From the human T2T-CHM13v2.0 reference genome, Homo sapiens: a DNA stretch of 64,000 bases. Below the pieces are notes generated by a model. It saw only the letters and a program-made list of their open reading frames with translations, made no database searches and was not told the origin of the DNA. Positions 47,201-60,723 of the stretch are shown here, one piece after another (position 1 is the stretch's first letter; every line of letters starts with the position of its first letter). Position numbers and translations under genes: made by a program. The stretch is from NCBI RefSeq assembly GCF_009914755.1, contig NC_060927.1; one strand, 5' to 3'.

Positions 47201-47681
47201 CAAGTATTGACTTTCACAAAATTTAAATCATAAACAGGCAAACCAAACAGCACACTGTAGCTATAGTTGTTATGTGATTGTTTTTTAATTGCTGTAGGAT
47301 CCTGTTCTTTCAGCAGGTGAAAAATAAAACGCAGTTCAAATTTCATGGTTTTAATTTTCAACTCAGAAGCACTCAAAAATGCAAAATGTGATAATGGGCA
47401 CTTGTTTAAAAGAATTAGTGTATCCAGCCTTCACTCCAGCTGGTTAAAAATGTTGCACTTATCAGCAACCCTACCACTTTCATCTGCTGAAAGGACAAAT
47501 GTGCTTGGTTTTACTATTATGTAATCACAACTTACTTTCTGCTTGTAGTTGCTTAAAATTATGTATTTTGTCTTGGGCTGCAATTTGTTTTATGCTTATT
47601 TTATTATTACTGCAGTAGTTGACTTTGCTGTATGGAAAAATAAAGTGAAATTGCCCTAATAAAACTTCTCTTTCTTAAGTA
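44286..47681 (+). other. MBNL1: MBNL1 terminal non-coding exon (3'UTR, ~3.4 kb)
   Basis: Pyrimidine tract + tgtag|ATCATGC acceptor; AU-rich with no recognisable transposons; ends shortly after tandem AATAAA (end approximate). Confidence 0.88.
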
Positions 47682-47735
47682 TATTCGTGTATCTGAGATT
47701 GAATACTAAATTATTTTTGCGTGTTTCATGTATTC
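47639..47735 (+). terminator. Distal polyadenylation signal
   Basis: AATAAA at 47639-47644 and 47658-47663, upstream TGTA, downstream U/GU-rich (ttcgtgt, tttttgcgtgttt). Confidence 0.85.
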
Positions 47736-48174
47736 ATGCATATGTATCTATCTTTACAAACATATTGATGTATAAATTTGTTACCTGGTTTTAACTGATT
47801 GCAACTGCGAGGAAGGCATTTGTTGTCTTTCTCACTAATTATCCTTTGACACTGAGAGGGAGAATCTAAATCAGCATATATTGCCCTCCTGTGCCCAATG
47901 TTTTCTGAAATTCTTGCCTTCCCCTGTCTGACACTTTAAGCGCTGATTGAAATAGTTTTAAGTGTCAGGGCAAAAAACGGTAAGAAAAAAATTATTATAC
48001 ATTATAGATCACTATCTATCTTTTATTAAAGAAATCTTATTTGCCTGACTGCTGCGTCAGCTGATTAGGACTGGAAATCAGGCAATCCAAGAGAGGTGAT
48101 GGCACTGTATTCAGAGGGATGAAAGAAATTATGCATATGATCTATGAGGCAGGCCATGATATTACTCCTGAGGG

Positions 48175-48197
48175 GTGTGTGTGTGTGTGTGTGTGTG
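48175..48197. repeat. (GT)n microsatellite
   Basis: Direct reading. Confidence 0.9.
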
Positions 48198-49197
48198 AAT
48201 GTCTTAAACGGTGGGTTAAAAACTTTGTTGAAGTGGGGCCTGGCATCACATATAAGCTTTGCAGTTTCTACAGATAGCCAGTGAATGCCAAAGTTTCAAC
48301 ATGAAGAACGTGCACATTGTATCATTTAGTTCTACTTTATGCTGACTGCCACTTGGTATTTGGTCAAGAGTTACAAATGCTCATTTGTAGGTTGATGCCT
48401 TTTTTTCTAAAATTTATTGTGATAAAAATAGGTGCATTATTCATAATCAATACAGTTCTGTTACTGGTTGAGTTCTAAAGGACAATTCTGTTATTTTCAG
48501 TAGGTCCAACTGTTCTGGGTGCCACTTGTCAAAAAGAATGGCTGCCCTGAAGATGATTGTCTAAAGCAGGAGTTCACAGCCTTTTTTGAGTAATATCAAG
48601 ACATCTGGCTCTTTCCAGTTAGTGATATTTTGGAAATCTTTTCATTGAAAAAATGCATAACTAAAAGTCCTTGTAACTTTTGCAATACTTTAAATGAAAC
48701 TGTATTTTGTTAATCACAACAGCATATACATGCATCTGAAAAATTATTTTCAGAAGAGTTATTATTACAACGCCCACTAGGAGTCCTCAGCTCACAGAAT
48801 GGGACTCTGTTAGAAGTCATTCGTTTTTCATTTGGAGAACAAAATCGTTTGCTAGAGCTATTACTTCATCACATACCCTTGGTACTCATGGAATTTAAAC
48901 TTTGAAATGATACTAAAGGTCAGTGATGTAGCAATCTATTATTTCACTGAGACATACTTTTGAATGCCTGTATGAATGCTTTCATACAGGAAGTAGTCAC
49001 TAAAGCACTGGGGAGACATTGCAGTGGTCGAGGAACGGCTCAAAAATCAGAACACCTGGAATCACGTCGCAGCTCCCTGACCTTGGCAAATTACTTCTCT
49101 GACTCAGTTTCCACTTTAATAAAATAAGTACGAGAATATAAATACTGCACCATTATTGAGTGGTTTCCAGACTTTGCTGCAAACTGGAATTGTCGGG

Positions 49198-49425
<228 letters not shown>

Positions 49426-49832
49426 TAAAACTCAATAAAAGTATCGATACTTTTAAAAGATCCCCCAGATAACTGGTTCCTACCTGCACACATTCTGGTT
49501 TAATGACTATGGAGGAAAGAACTGGGTTAATATATAAAAAGAGCTTAGAAAGTTGCTTGGTTTATAGCAAGTAATTGATACATGTTAACTATGATTGCTA
49601 TTTTATCAATTTTAAAAATCACTCCACTTATTCTTCAACTTTTTATCCTGATTCTTCGATTACACATCCCTTTCAAAGTAGCCAGGTACACACACTCTCT
49701 CATTTATATTATCTGTAATTTTATCTTTCATGTTTAGCAATGAAACTATCTTGTAATTTACCACCACCACAAGACCTGCTGTTACTTCATTTATACTATT
49801 TCAAAAACAGAATCAAGTACATTTTTATTAAC

Positions 49833-49919
49833 TCTGAAAATTTTGTATAATTCTTATTTCAATTTGATATGGTCAATCTGAAAATTTTGTATAGTTCTTA
49901 CTTCAATTTGATATGGTCA
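49833..49919. repeat. Tandem duplication, 43 nt x2 (period 44)
   Basis: tctgaaaattttgtata(a/g)ttctta(t/c)ttcaatttgatatggtca at 49833-49875 and 49877-49919. Confidence 0.92.
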
Positions 49920-51009
49920 CAGACAACACCTAGCCCATTTAGACCCAATATGAAAGTAACCATTTAGGCATATCTAAGCTTAACTCTTTGAATCCCCCTT
50001 CAAATATTTTAACTGTGTTCAAGATCAAGTAATAGAATGAATGCATTATGAAAATGATACCATTAAATAATGTATTTTAAATATTTTTATTGTATTTATC
50101 AAAATAATACTTCTAGTAACATTTCAGTGACACTAGTATATTTCCATAACATGTTTCATCATAGGTTTATTTTGAATGCTTAAATTAGTACTATTTCAAC
50201 TTAAACATATTAGAATCTGGTTATATACTGTACAGGATGCTAGGCTCTGAGATACAAGGATCAATGGCAAGAACCTTACAGTGTAATGACTAAAACAAAA
50301 TATGTAGAGTATGTAATTCCATCTGTATAGACACTCATCTAGTATTTCCCTCCTCCCTCACTAGTCCGAATCTCTTTATACCACAAAATAATTTAGAATA
50401 AAATTAAATAAAAACTACATTCTCTTCTGGAATACAATGATACAACTCCCCTACTTACTGTCTAACTCACTTTATCCTTAAAAATTAACTTGAATATTGA
50501 AAAAATATTTTTGAATAAACATGTTCATTGCAGCATTTTTATAATGGCAAAATCCTGGTCTCAATACTTAGGAAATGTTTCAATACTTAGGAAATAAGTA
50601 AAGTATCATACAGTGTTATATATTTATAAAGCATTTTTTCAAAAATGAGTTAATCACATAGGAAAGTAATTTTAGTGGTAAGATAATAGGAGACTTTAAT
50701 TGGCTTTTCAGAGATTTCTAGTTTAGTAAATATTCATTGTTTTTTAAATTTATTTTTTTTAAAATCTGAATTATTTACTTTTTTCTTAGACCATTTCCCT
50801 ATTTAGTTGAGTCAGTTTGTCATCTTCAGAATCTTAAAATGTCCTACAAAACTTCCACTTTACCTATCACTGTTAGTTGAGAAATTATAGAAGACATCTT
50901 GCCAAATCAGTAAAATATGTATGCTGTTTTAGTAAAATATGTGTTGTTTTAGTGAAAAATAGCAAAAGGATATGAATAAAACTCCTTTTAACTTTTTTTT
51001 AAATTGTTC

Positions 51010-51259
51010 TTTTTTTTTTGAGACAGGGTCTTCCTCTATTGTCCAGGCTGGAGTGCGGTGGCATAAACATGGCTAATTGCAGTCTCAACCTTCTGGGCTT
51101 AAGCAATCCTCCCAGCTCAGCCTCCCAAGTAGCTGGGACTACAGGCATGCACCACTACACCCAGAGAATTTTTTAATTTTTTCGTAGAGATGGGGGTCTT
51201 CCTATTTCCCCAGGTGGGTCTTGAACTCCTGGGCTCAAGCAATCCACCTTGGCCTCTCA
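51010..51259 (-). mobile_element. AluJ, slightly truncated
   Basis: gagacagggtct...ctgggctcaagcaatcc. Confidence 0.88.
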
Positions 51260-53646
51260 ATTTAATTTAATTTAATCAATTAAATCATCTTTTTGTTTTA
51301 GGAGTATCTCATCACCTTCCCGACTCTTTAAAAGATGCTGAGTCACCAGAATTGGTTAATATCTACTATAATTTTATCAAAAAAAGATAACTGTGTGCAA
51401 AATACCTTAGGAGGATTTGCTAACAGGGTAACTATAATAATGTGGGAGATGAGAGCAAGGTGTGCTCGAAGAAGGTGACATTTGAGCAGAGACCTTGTTA
51501 AAGTAAAGGTGGCATAACATTACCTCGGTGGCATACACTCTCCAGCCATCTTTGCTATTGGATACTGACTCATCCTTCTTGCCAAATTAAATGCCACTGC
51601 ATCAAGAAGTATTATTTTCCCTCCTGACACTATGAAGCATTATTATTTGCTTTATTTTTTTCATGATGTATTGCTTTTAACTGTATTTCAGTACTCATTT
51701 TGTTCTGATATTTCAAATTTGTTTACAGTTTGGAATTGTTCCAAAGACAGGTACATTCTTGCTAGGAGGAACCAGTCTTACTCATGTCTGTGAAGCACCT
51801 AGAGCCTAGCATCTAGTTTTTATTTAGTAGGAACTGGCTGATTGTATACATTAATATTTATTAAATCTGTCTTCTAGCCTTCATGGAAAATGCAGATGAG
51901 GAACATTCTATGACACTCTACTTTTCAGATTGTAAAAACAATGCAGACACAGTATCTAGAAAGGTTGATTGACTCAATACCTTCCATTCTTTGAAAATTA
52001 GTCTGGAAAAGTGAACTGGTATTTTCCAGCCCACACTGACCCTAAACCCCAAAAGCCCAAACTATACCACCAAATACAGTATTTTAGAATGTGTTTAATT
52101 AAAACTTCCCTCGCTTGAATACAAAGATGTGATTACCTAACTCGCTGTCTATGGAGAGAAGGATGTGTGGGAAGGAATATTCTGGTATGAGTGGTATACG
52201 TTATGAACATTTTCTTATAAAGCATCTGTGGTGAAAGAGAACATACCTTTACGTTCTCTCTGCATCCCTTAAAATATTTCTAATTCTGAACTTATGAATC
52301 TCTTGCCTTGCATTCAAATGCCTTTCCTTACCATCTGCTGAACTGTTTTTATTTATGTTTTGGTTTCTTTCCCTTGGCACCTCACACCTGTGCTAATTAG
52401 CAACAACAGCAGAGCATAGGAGGAACATAGGCCATCCACCTGTGAACAAATTGTAAGAACTGCAGTGGACATTGATTCGTACAGAATATATACTTACAGT
52501 TGAATGCTTTTTAACATATCTATCTTGCTTTAATTAGTTGTGTGTATTTTTCTTTCATCCTGTTCCCTTTATATTATTTCATAGGGCTCGAAGCTCTGAT
52601 CTCTATTTAGGCTATCTCATCTCCCAGGAGAACCTTCATTATGAAAATGTGTATCGAACAGTTACTTCATTTGATAAGGGGGTCTGAGAAACCACCATAT
52701 TCTCCTACAATTTCCCACTTGTTCACAGCTAATTAACAATCGCTGAGTTAGACATGAATTTAAAAATTCATAGTTAATGAGATTTAAAAACTTTAAGGAG
52801 ACTTTATTGGAAAGTGACTTAAATCCATATTAGTTTATTTCCTTCTTCCCTCCTTTCATCCCTTTTCCACCCTCTCTTCATTCTTTTGTTTTTTTCTGTT
52901 CTCCTCATAGGAATTTACAGAATGCTAATCTGCTAAGCACTGTGGTAGACAGATTAATCCACAAAAGTCTGTGCTCAAAGAATCCAGTGAAGAGTGGGCA
53001 AGATATACGTGTCAACAACTAGTTAAAATACAAACTGATAACTGATATGCTAAAAGACTGCCTAGTGTTATGGGAAAAGAGAAAGGCCACTGATTCCTAA
53101 GGAGAAATGGAAGAGAAGGAGCCCAGAAGATAGGTCTGTGTTGGAACACAAATTTCCCCAAATTCACAGTTTTTCCCCTGGTTTTCAGTGTCATGCAACT
53201 TTCTAAAGGCATTATCATGTTCATGAGGATAAGGAGAATATTACTATATGCCTTCTATAATTGCACAGTAACCAGACCTCAAGTTGGTTAAGACAAAATG
53301 TGACAATCACCCGCATTTTGGTCCTACAAACTCTAATGATACTGTGTCTTTAACTTGAATTGATTGGATGTGTTGGTATAATGTGGATATCTTTTGAAAT
53401 TTGAAATTCTTTCATTTGTTATTATCAAGTTCTTACCCACCACATGCATATGTATATGAAGGAAATATTTTATATAAGAAAAATTATTGAAATAGTTGCC
53501 TCATTGCATTTTTTTCAAGACTCCAAAAGATAAAATCAATGTATTAGTTTATTTATTAGTCTTGTTTCAAAAACAAATAGATAAGGATGGACAAAGAAAC
53601 TAGTTCTCCACAAAATTCAGAAATTTAGAACTCAATTTAGTCAGGT

Positions 53647-53950
<304 letters not shown>

Positions 53951-54036
53951 TAGTATTACCATTTTAAAAGTTTTCCTCCAGATTTGCTATCAGTATACAA
54001 CAGACTGATTCTAATTTATGTTGTTTTCCTTCTCTT

Positions 54037-54055
54037 GCTCGCCCTCTGGTGGAGC
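54037..54055 (-). promoter_or_regulatory. Candidate CTCF binding site
   Basis: Reverse complement GCTCCACCAGAGGGCGAGC matches the CTCF core CCACYAGRKGGCR. Confidence 0.6.
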
Positions 54056-55109
54056 TTCCTGTAACCCTAAAATGACGAAAACTGGGCAGTCACCGTTTTA
54101 CTCGCGTCATCTCCCAAAATACAAATAACTTGCTCTCTAATGGTTCAAAACACTTGAACAAACTAATCGATTATTTTTTATTTTAAGAGTTTCTAAAAAT
54201 AGCAAATTCTTAAATTACTAGAGCCCAACACTTTGGATTTTACAAAAAAATCTACTGATTACTTTAAGCTAAGTATGTGCTAGCACTAGACATACGCAGA
54301 TGAAACGAGTAAGGTACTGTCGCTGCTCTGGTGGAGGCTGTGTTTCCCTTGGGGAGAAAGTCACAAGGCAGTAACATGTAAGACCTAGGAGTATTGAGGG
54401 GGTAGGGTGTTTGGTGGGGTCCAGCAGTAAATCCAGCTTGAGGTGATGTGAGAAGTTCTCCTGGAGGGGGTGCCAACAAGATGAGCAGCTGTATTTAGGA
54501 AAAGAGGAAGGAAGATTATCCCAGGCAGAGGAGGCCACCTTACTAAGGCACAGAGGAAACAAATACAAGACCTGAGTGGAAGGCATCAACAAAGTTGATA
54601 CCATTATCACATAAAATGAGAGGCTGAGAGGGCCAGATGAAGACACTGATGCGATAGACTGGTATGGGATTATGGAGATCTGATGGGCCTCAATAGCGAG
54701 TTTACACTTTCAGGGGGCAGCTATGGACAGATGGATTATTCTGGTTGCTGCTGACAGAGGATTTGTGAAGGTAAAATTGCACGCAAGGAAACCAGCTGTT
54801 GGATAAAAGACAACATGGTGGCAAATTGGAATAATAAGTACAGGGACTGTATTACTTAGGGTCCTCTGGGAAATAGATGCCAAGATAGATCAAAAATGCA
54901 AGAGACTTAGTGGGGAAGGAGCCACAGAAATTAAAAGGAGATGTCAAACCGTCCTATAGACCTGACAACTGTGAAGGAAAGGGCACTAGGGTAGAAACAT
55001 TTTCAAACTGAAGCACAATTCCAGGAAAGTTTCAGCCGGGTCAACAGTCTCCAAGCCAAAACAGCTCATTAAAGGAATCTTGATTTTTCTGTCATAGGTC
55101 TGCATTAAT

Positions 55110-55900
55110 AGGAGTAGGTATTTGCAACACAACAACAAAGGGCAAATAAACCGAATTTATGAAGAATTTCTGGAAATATGTTTTTGAAAAGACTGACACC
55201 CCATTAGGAAAAAGGGCAAGGGGCTTATACAGGTACTTTATAAAAGAGGATATTCAACACAAGTTAAAAACCAAATGAAATGCCTCTACTCACTCCATCC
55301 CAATTGCCAAGATGAGAAAGTATCCATATCAGGTGTTGGTGAAGATGTGAAGTAAATGAAACACCATGTACTTCTGGGTAGAGATCAAATTGGTAAAACC
55401 ACGTTATTAAAATATATTGGTGTTACTGAAGTTGAAGACCTATAACCTATGAGCTAGCAAATTCATTCTTAGATTTATATCCAACAGAAATGCCTGTATA
55501 TGCACCAAAAGACTTGGACAAAAATGCTTATATTAGAATTAGAAACAGCTCCACATCAGAAACAACCCAAAAGTTCATCAAGAACACTTTGGTTCAAAAA
55601 ATGGTTATATGTTCATAAAATTGAATAATACTAATCAAGGAAGAGGTATAAATCACAGCAAAAGGCAAAACTAAACCATAGTATTTAAAAATGTATACTC
55701 AGGGGTTAAACTGTAAAAGGAACCAAGATGTGAAATGTAATACAAAAGGGGCAATGAGGATTTTCTGAAACATGTTGGCAGTGTTCTATTTCTTTATCTG
55801 AGTGGTGGTTACATGAGTGCCCATCTTTCCATAATACATTAAACTGCACATTTGTATATGATATACTTTTTGTATTTCCTTGCTATGTTTTATAATGCAA
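55110..55900 (+). mobile_element. Old L1M(E)-like 3' fragments
   Basis: gtgttggtgaagatgtgaag, aattcattcttagatttatatccaacagaaatg, aaacaacccaaaagttcatca. Confidence 0.6.
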
Positions 55901-57491
55901 AGATTTTTTAAAGGGACAAAATAAATATTTTCCCAAAAGGATAACTTATAAGATAAATTCAGAAGAAAATATTAATATTTCCTAACATGCAAGGCTTATG
56001 CTAGGAAACTAGGAGGTAATTTTTACAGATACCCATGGAAAATATACAGATTTTTTTTTCTGAAAAAATGAAACAAAATAATTTTTAAGTTGTAGAATTA
56101 TTTTTCTTTTACTGAAAAGTTTCAGTAAATGAAAGATTAGTGTAGCAAGGAATATTTTGCATTAGATTATACTTAAAATTTATATGTAGCCAAGGGTAGG
56201 AAAGTGTATTCTTCTTCAATTTCACTATTCCTCAAATACCTAATTCATATCACAAGTGAGACAGCAGGAAGAAAACTTAGAAGAATGGGCAGAATAATAC
56301 AAACCACAGCAACAAATCATTTGTCAAAACTGTGTTCACATATCAATGAAAAGTGAGGCCTCCAACTAATTTAATTTTTTCTCTAATCCAGAGAACAATA
56401 ACCATGCTACTTACGAAACATGGGATGAAATTAAATTCTTCATATTCAGAGATATGTATAATGTTTTGCTTTTAAAAATATCAAATACGCTTATTTGGAC
56501 CATGCTAAGGCTTATGTATATAACAATTAGTAATTTAGAGTAAAAATCCTATGGCCATGTTTATCCCTAAAAATTTGTTTGCCAAGATTATCATCTCAAT
56601 AAAACAAATGTTTCTTTGCACTTTATTTCTACTTAACCAACTGCAGGAACTGTGAGCAATGTGCATTTCCAGCAGATGTCAGTGTTGGCGTATGATGTAA
56701 TCTAGAAATTCCTCCAAACCTGAGGCCTTACCCTGAAGATGACCAGAGTACAGTGCAGATTCTTGTGAAATGTGAAAAGGCATTCTGGAGAATTCTGTTC
56801 TCTTGGGCAATATTTTCTTAAGAAATATATTGTTATAGGTTAGGAAATAGACATGGAGGTCTTCAGCAGTATTCTCCCATCTCTGAGATTGCATTTCTTC
56901 TGGTTATACATTAATTACCTGCATTTATTCTTCCTCTTGCTCCAAGAAGTATATTCACTACCTATTCCTGTCTCTGCATTTCTTCCCAGAATAAAGTGGT
57001 TGTTTTTTTTTTTTTGCCTTGAAGAATTTCAATGAGTTTATACAAGAAAAACATATTTAGCATTTACTGGGTGTCAAAGAAATAGAATAGTCTAGCTGCC
57101 CTAAAGAAATTCTTATAATGATAGAGTTGAGTTCTGTCACAAGGTACTAAGAATACACAGAAGAAATATATGTAAAGCACTTAGTGCAGTGTGTGGCACA
57201 TAGTAAGTCCTCAAAATGTTAGCTATTATTAATAGCTATTTTATCTCATTAGGAATAATGAAGAAACATATTTTAAAAGTTAGCATTGAGTAGAGGTACT
57301 CAGATTTTAATTGGGGAAATAAGTGAATTGATTACTTTTTTTTCTACCAGTAGCTCACTAATGTTTGATATTTGTATGAAAACTGCTCTATCGCCTAGGA
57401 AAGAGAACATGTCAAAACAGCCATTTCAAACAGTTGCCCCTTCTGTGTTTCATGCTATTTGGTTTGTATTATGCTCACATATTATCAATGA

Positions 57492-57911
<420 letters not shown>

Positions 57912-60723
57912 GGTTTTTTTTTTTTCTTTTTAGCCAATTGCAAGAACTGTGGGCAATATGCATTTACAATACTGGGCATGTTCCCAACAATAGCGCTCAA
58001 GCAAAGAAAATAAGAGAGGACTTTGTCAATATGAGCCTAGAAGCCAAAATTCCACTTGGAAAGACTGATCACCCAGTAGTCCTGCTTCCCCTCTTATGAA
58101 GAATCGTGACTCTTTTCCTAAGTCAGAACAGCTGAGAATAAAATGCTTTGGTTGAGGGAGAGAGTGGGAATCATATCCTTAGCTTTCAAGTTTACTGACA
58201 ACGAAGTCTCCCTCATCGTTAAGCAGGTGAATTATGGGGCTTATTAACGTTGGGTTGACTGTATAGTAGGTATTTATATTTGTTTCACTGAAGTGATGTT
58301 ATTCAGAAAATAAAATGGCATATAAGAGGAAAAACAAGACTTAGAGAAGAAAATCAATTTACAGCAACTGGGTAGATATGCCTTACTTTGATTTTCCAGA
58401 CAACAACGTAAAAAGATTGACTGAGTTTAATTACTCACGTGAAGAGAGAAATATATCACTCTCCCAAAGAAAGCCAAATTTTTATAAGAAGGAAATTTTG
58501 TCAAATGAGGTATTGTATAGGGGCCAGTGAGTTATGTAATTAAGAATATTCTCAACAACAATTTTACAGTATTGTTCCTATGTCAGTCTGATGTATATTT
58601 GGATATATAAGGTGACTCTACAAGTTTTAAATACAACTTTAAATACTTTTCTTAGATTAGAAGTCTTATTTTTCATAATGAGAGTAATATACCCTCTTTA
58701 CTTCTCTTTTTGACTACATACCATCTCCTAGCTATATGAACTTGAGTGAATTACTGCCCATGTGTCTTGTACATTCCCTCATGTGCAAAATGGAGACTAA
58801 TGTTAGTGACTTTGTGGTTGGAATTTGAGGAATTCAGAAATTCTCCAGAAGGACCTAATCTCTACTTTTCCATGATAACACTAAAGATATTAATACAAAC
58901 AATAAGTTTCACTTGCCCTGGAAGGATTAGATCAATTCAAGGTGATAGGAAATACTGACAATTAACTATATGTCCCTTGGTTTAAAATTGGAAACATGTA
59001 TTATTATTCAACACATGTAACTTGGTTAGTAGATGTACTCATTCATATAGAGTATGAAATAACACAAGTTAAACTGTTGATATTTCAGTTCTGAAAATTG
59101 GTATAATTCTAGGGTAGAGAATATGGGATTTACCTTGATTCCCACCCTTGGCTTTGGAACAAATGGTCTGGATAAGGATCCTAGCTTCTCCAAGCCTGGC
59201 CTCAGTCTTCCTGGTACAGCATAGGTACAAAATGTACCTTTATTTTTTACTGAAACTGTATTTTCTTTCTATAAAAAGCCCCCATTCTGCTTGAAGAATA
59301 AAACAAAAACCAAAAAACAAATATTAAGCCCACCTGATTCTAATCACTCCCAAACAAACATACTCAAATTTAGTGATAGAGTTAGTGACTAAGTTTTCAT
59401 TGTCCAGCCTACACTGGCATTCTTCTGAGATAACCACATCCTAAAATAATCCCTGGCTGGGATTATTTATTATTAACTACGTGCAGTTGTGCACATAGTT
59501 GCTGCTACAGAGCCCCTTATCTTAGCTAAAGAAACCGACTCCAGGCTTTATCAATCCCTTTCTCATCCAGCTTCTGTACTCTTTCTGTTGGGCACTGAGA
59601 AGTCTTAGCTGCTCTCATGCACCCCTCTAGGGTAGCCAGAAGCCATAACATGTTCCTATTACCCCTCATAGACTTCTTGATTCTAGTTTTCACAACTTTT
59701 AATGGGAGGGCACTAGCAAGGCTGCCAATTACCAGAGTCTGGAAGGGACTGGGAGTTCATAGGTCTTCTCAACTCTCGAACCATTCCCAGGGGTTCTGAG
59801 AAGTCCTATTGCTGCTGCAAAGTCCCCCTCAGATGTATCCTGGGATGAAGGTGGAAAGCAAGGCATAGAGAACAACCAATGTCTAAATGCTTTCAATTCT
59901 CCTCACTTTATGAGAGTTTTATCTGGTCTGGATATGGATGGAAGTAGGATAAACTTGTTCTGGCTGAACACTGTCACTTCCTAAAGTATCCTTGCATAAA
60001 CTTTGTTGGAGGTTACATCAAAAAGCTATACTTTTTGATCTTTGATCTCTTGTCCCTTTCTGATGCCTCTTTGCTAGGCAAGATAGCTCATATCTTTTAG
60101 CCCCAAAGAACATTTCAAATTATTAACCTACCACATTATTTCTTTCAACTGGGCCAGAATCTGGTGTAGTTGTAATAATGACACCTGTCACATTCACAAA
60201 TTGAATACCTGCAAAGGCTTTTGTCAGAGGAAAACGTTCTCAAACTTAACTCTATTTGGCATATACTTTAGGATAAAAGCTTCGTGATTTATGGATTACA
60301 TAAATTCTCCATAGAAAGGTGCATATTCTTTTTTTAAAAAAAAAGCATTCTCAGAACAAGAAGAAGGGACATTTTTTTTGGTGGCAACTTTTTGTATTAA
60401 AAGAATTGTATTTTTAAAATGTACCTGAGCATTTAGAAAGAGAGAAAGAGAATACTGTAAGTATAAAGGATACAGCTGAGATAGGTAAAAGCCAAACAGG
60501 CTTAAAAGTCATATTGTTATGAATATGATATATTCATTCAGAATATGTATTTTTGGAAGCAGAGAAAAGGTATTCCATAGTTTTAGTGCCAGCTGAAAAA
60601 TATAATTGTGCCATAATGATAATTACTATGTACTAGGTGCTTCCATAAACTAGATGCTATACTCCACTTTTTTTCTGAAAATCATTTCTTTGTTGTTGTT
60701 TTTGTTGGCCAAAACGTCTTCCA

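Noticed and set aside
54848-55110. Possible MLT-type LTR fragment
   Set aside because: Only a weak resemblance by eye; I could not define the termini or a TSD.
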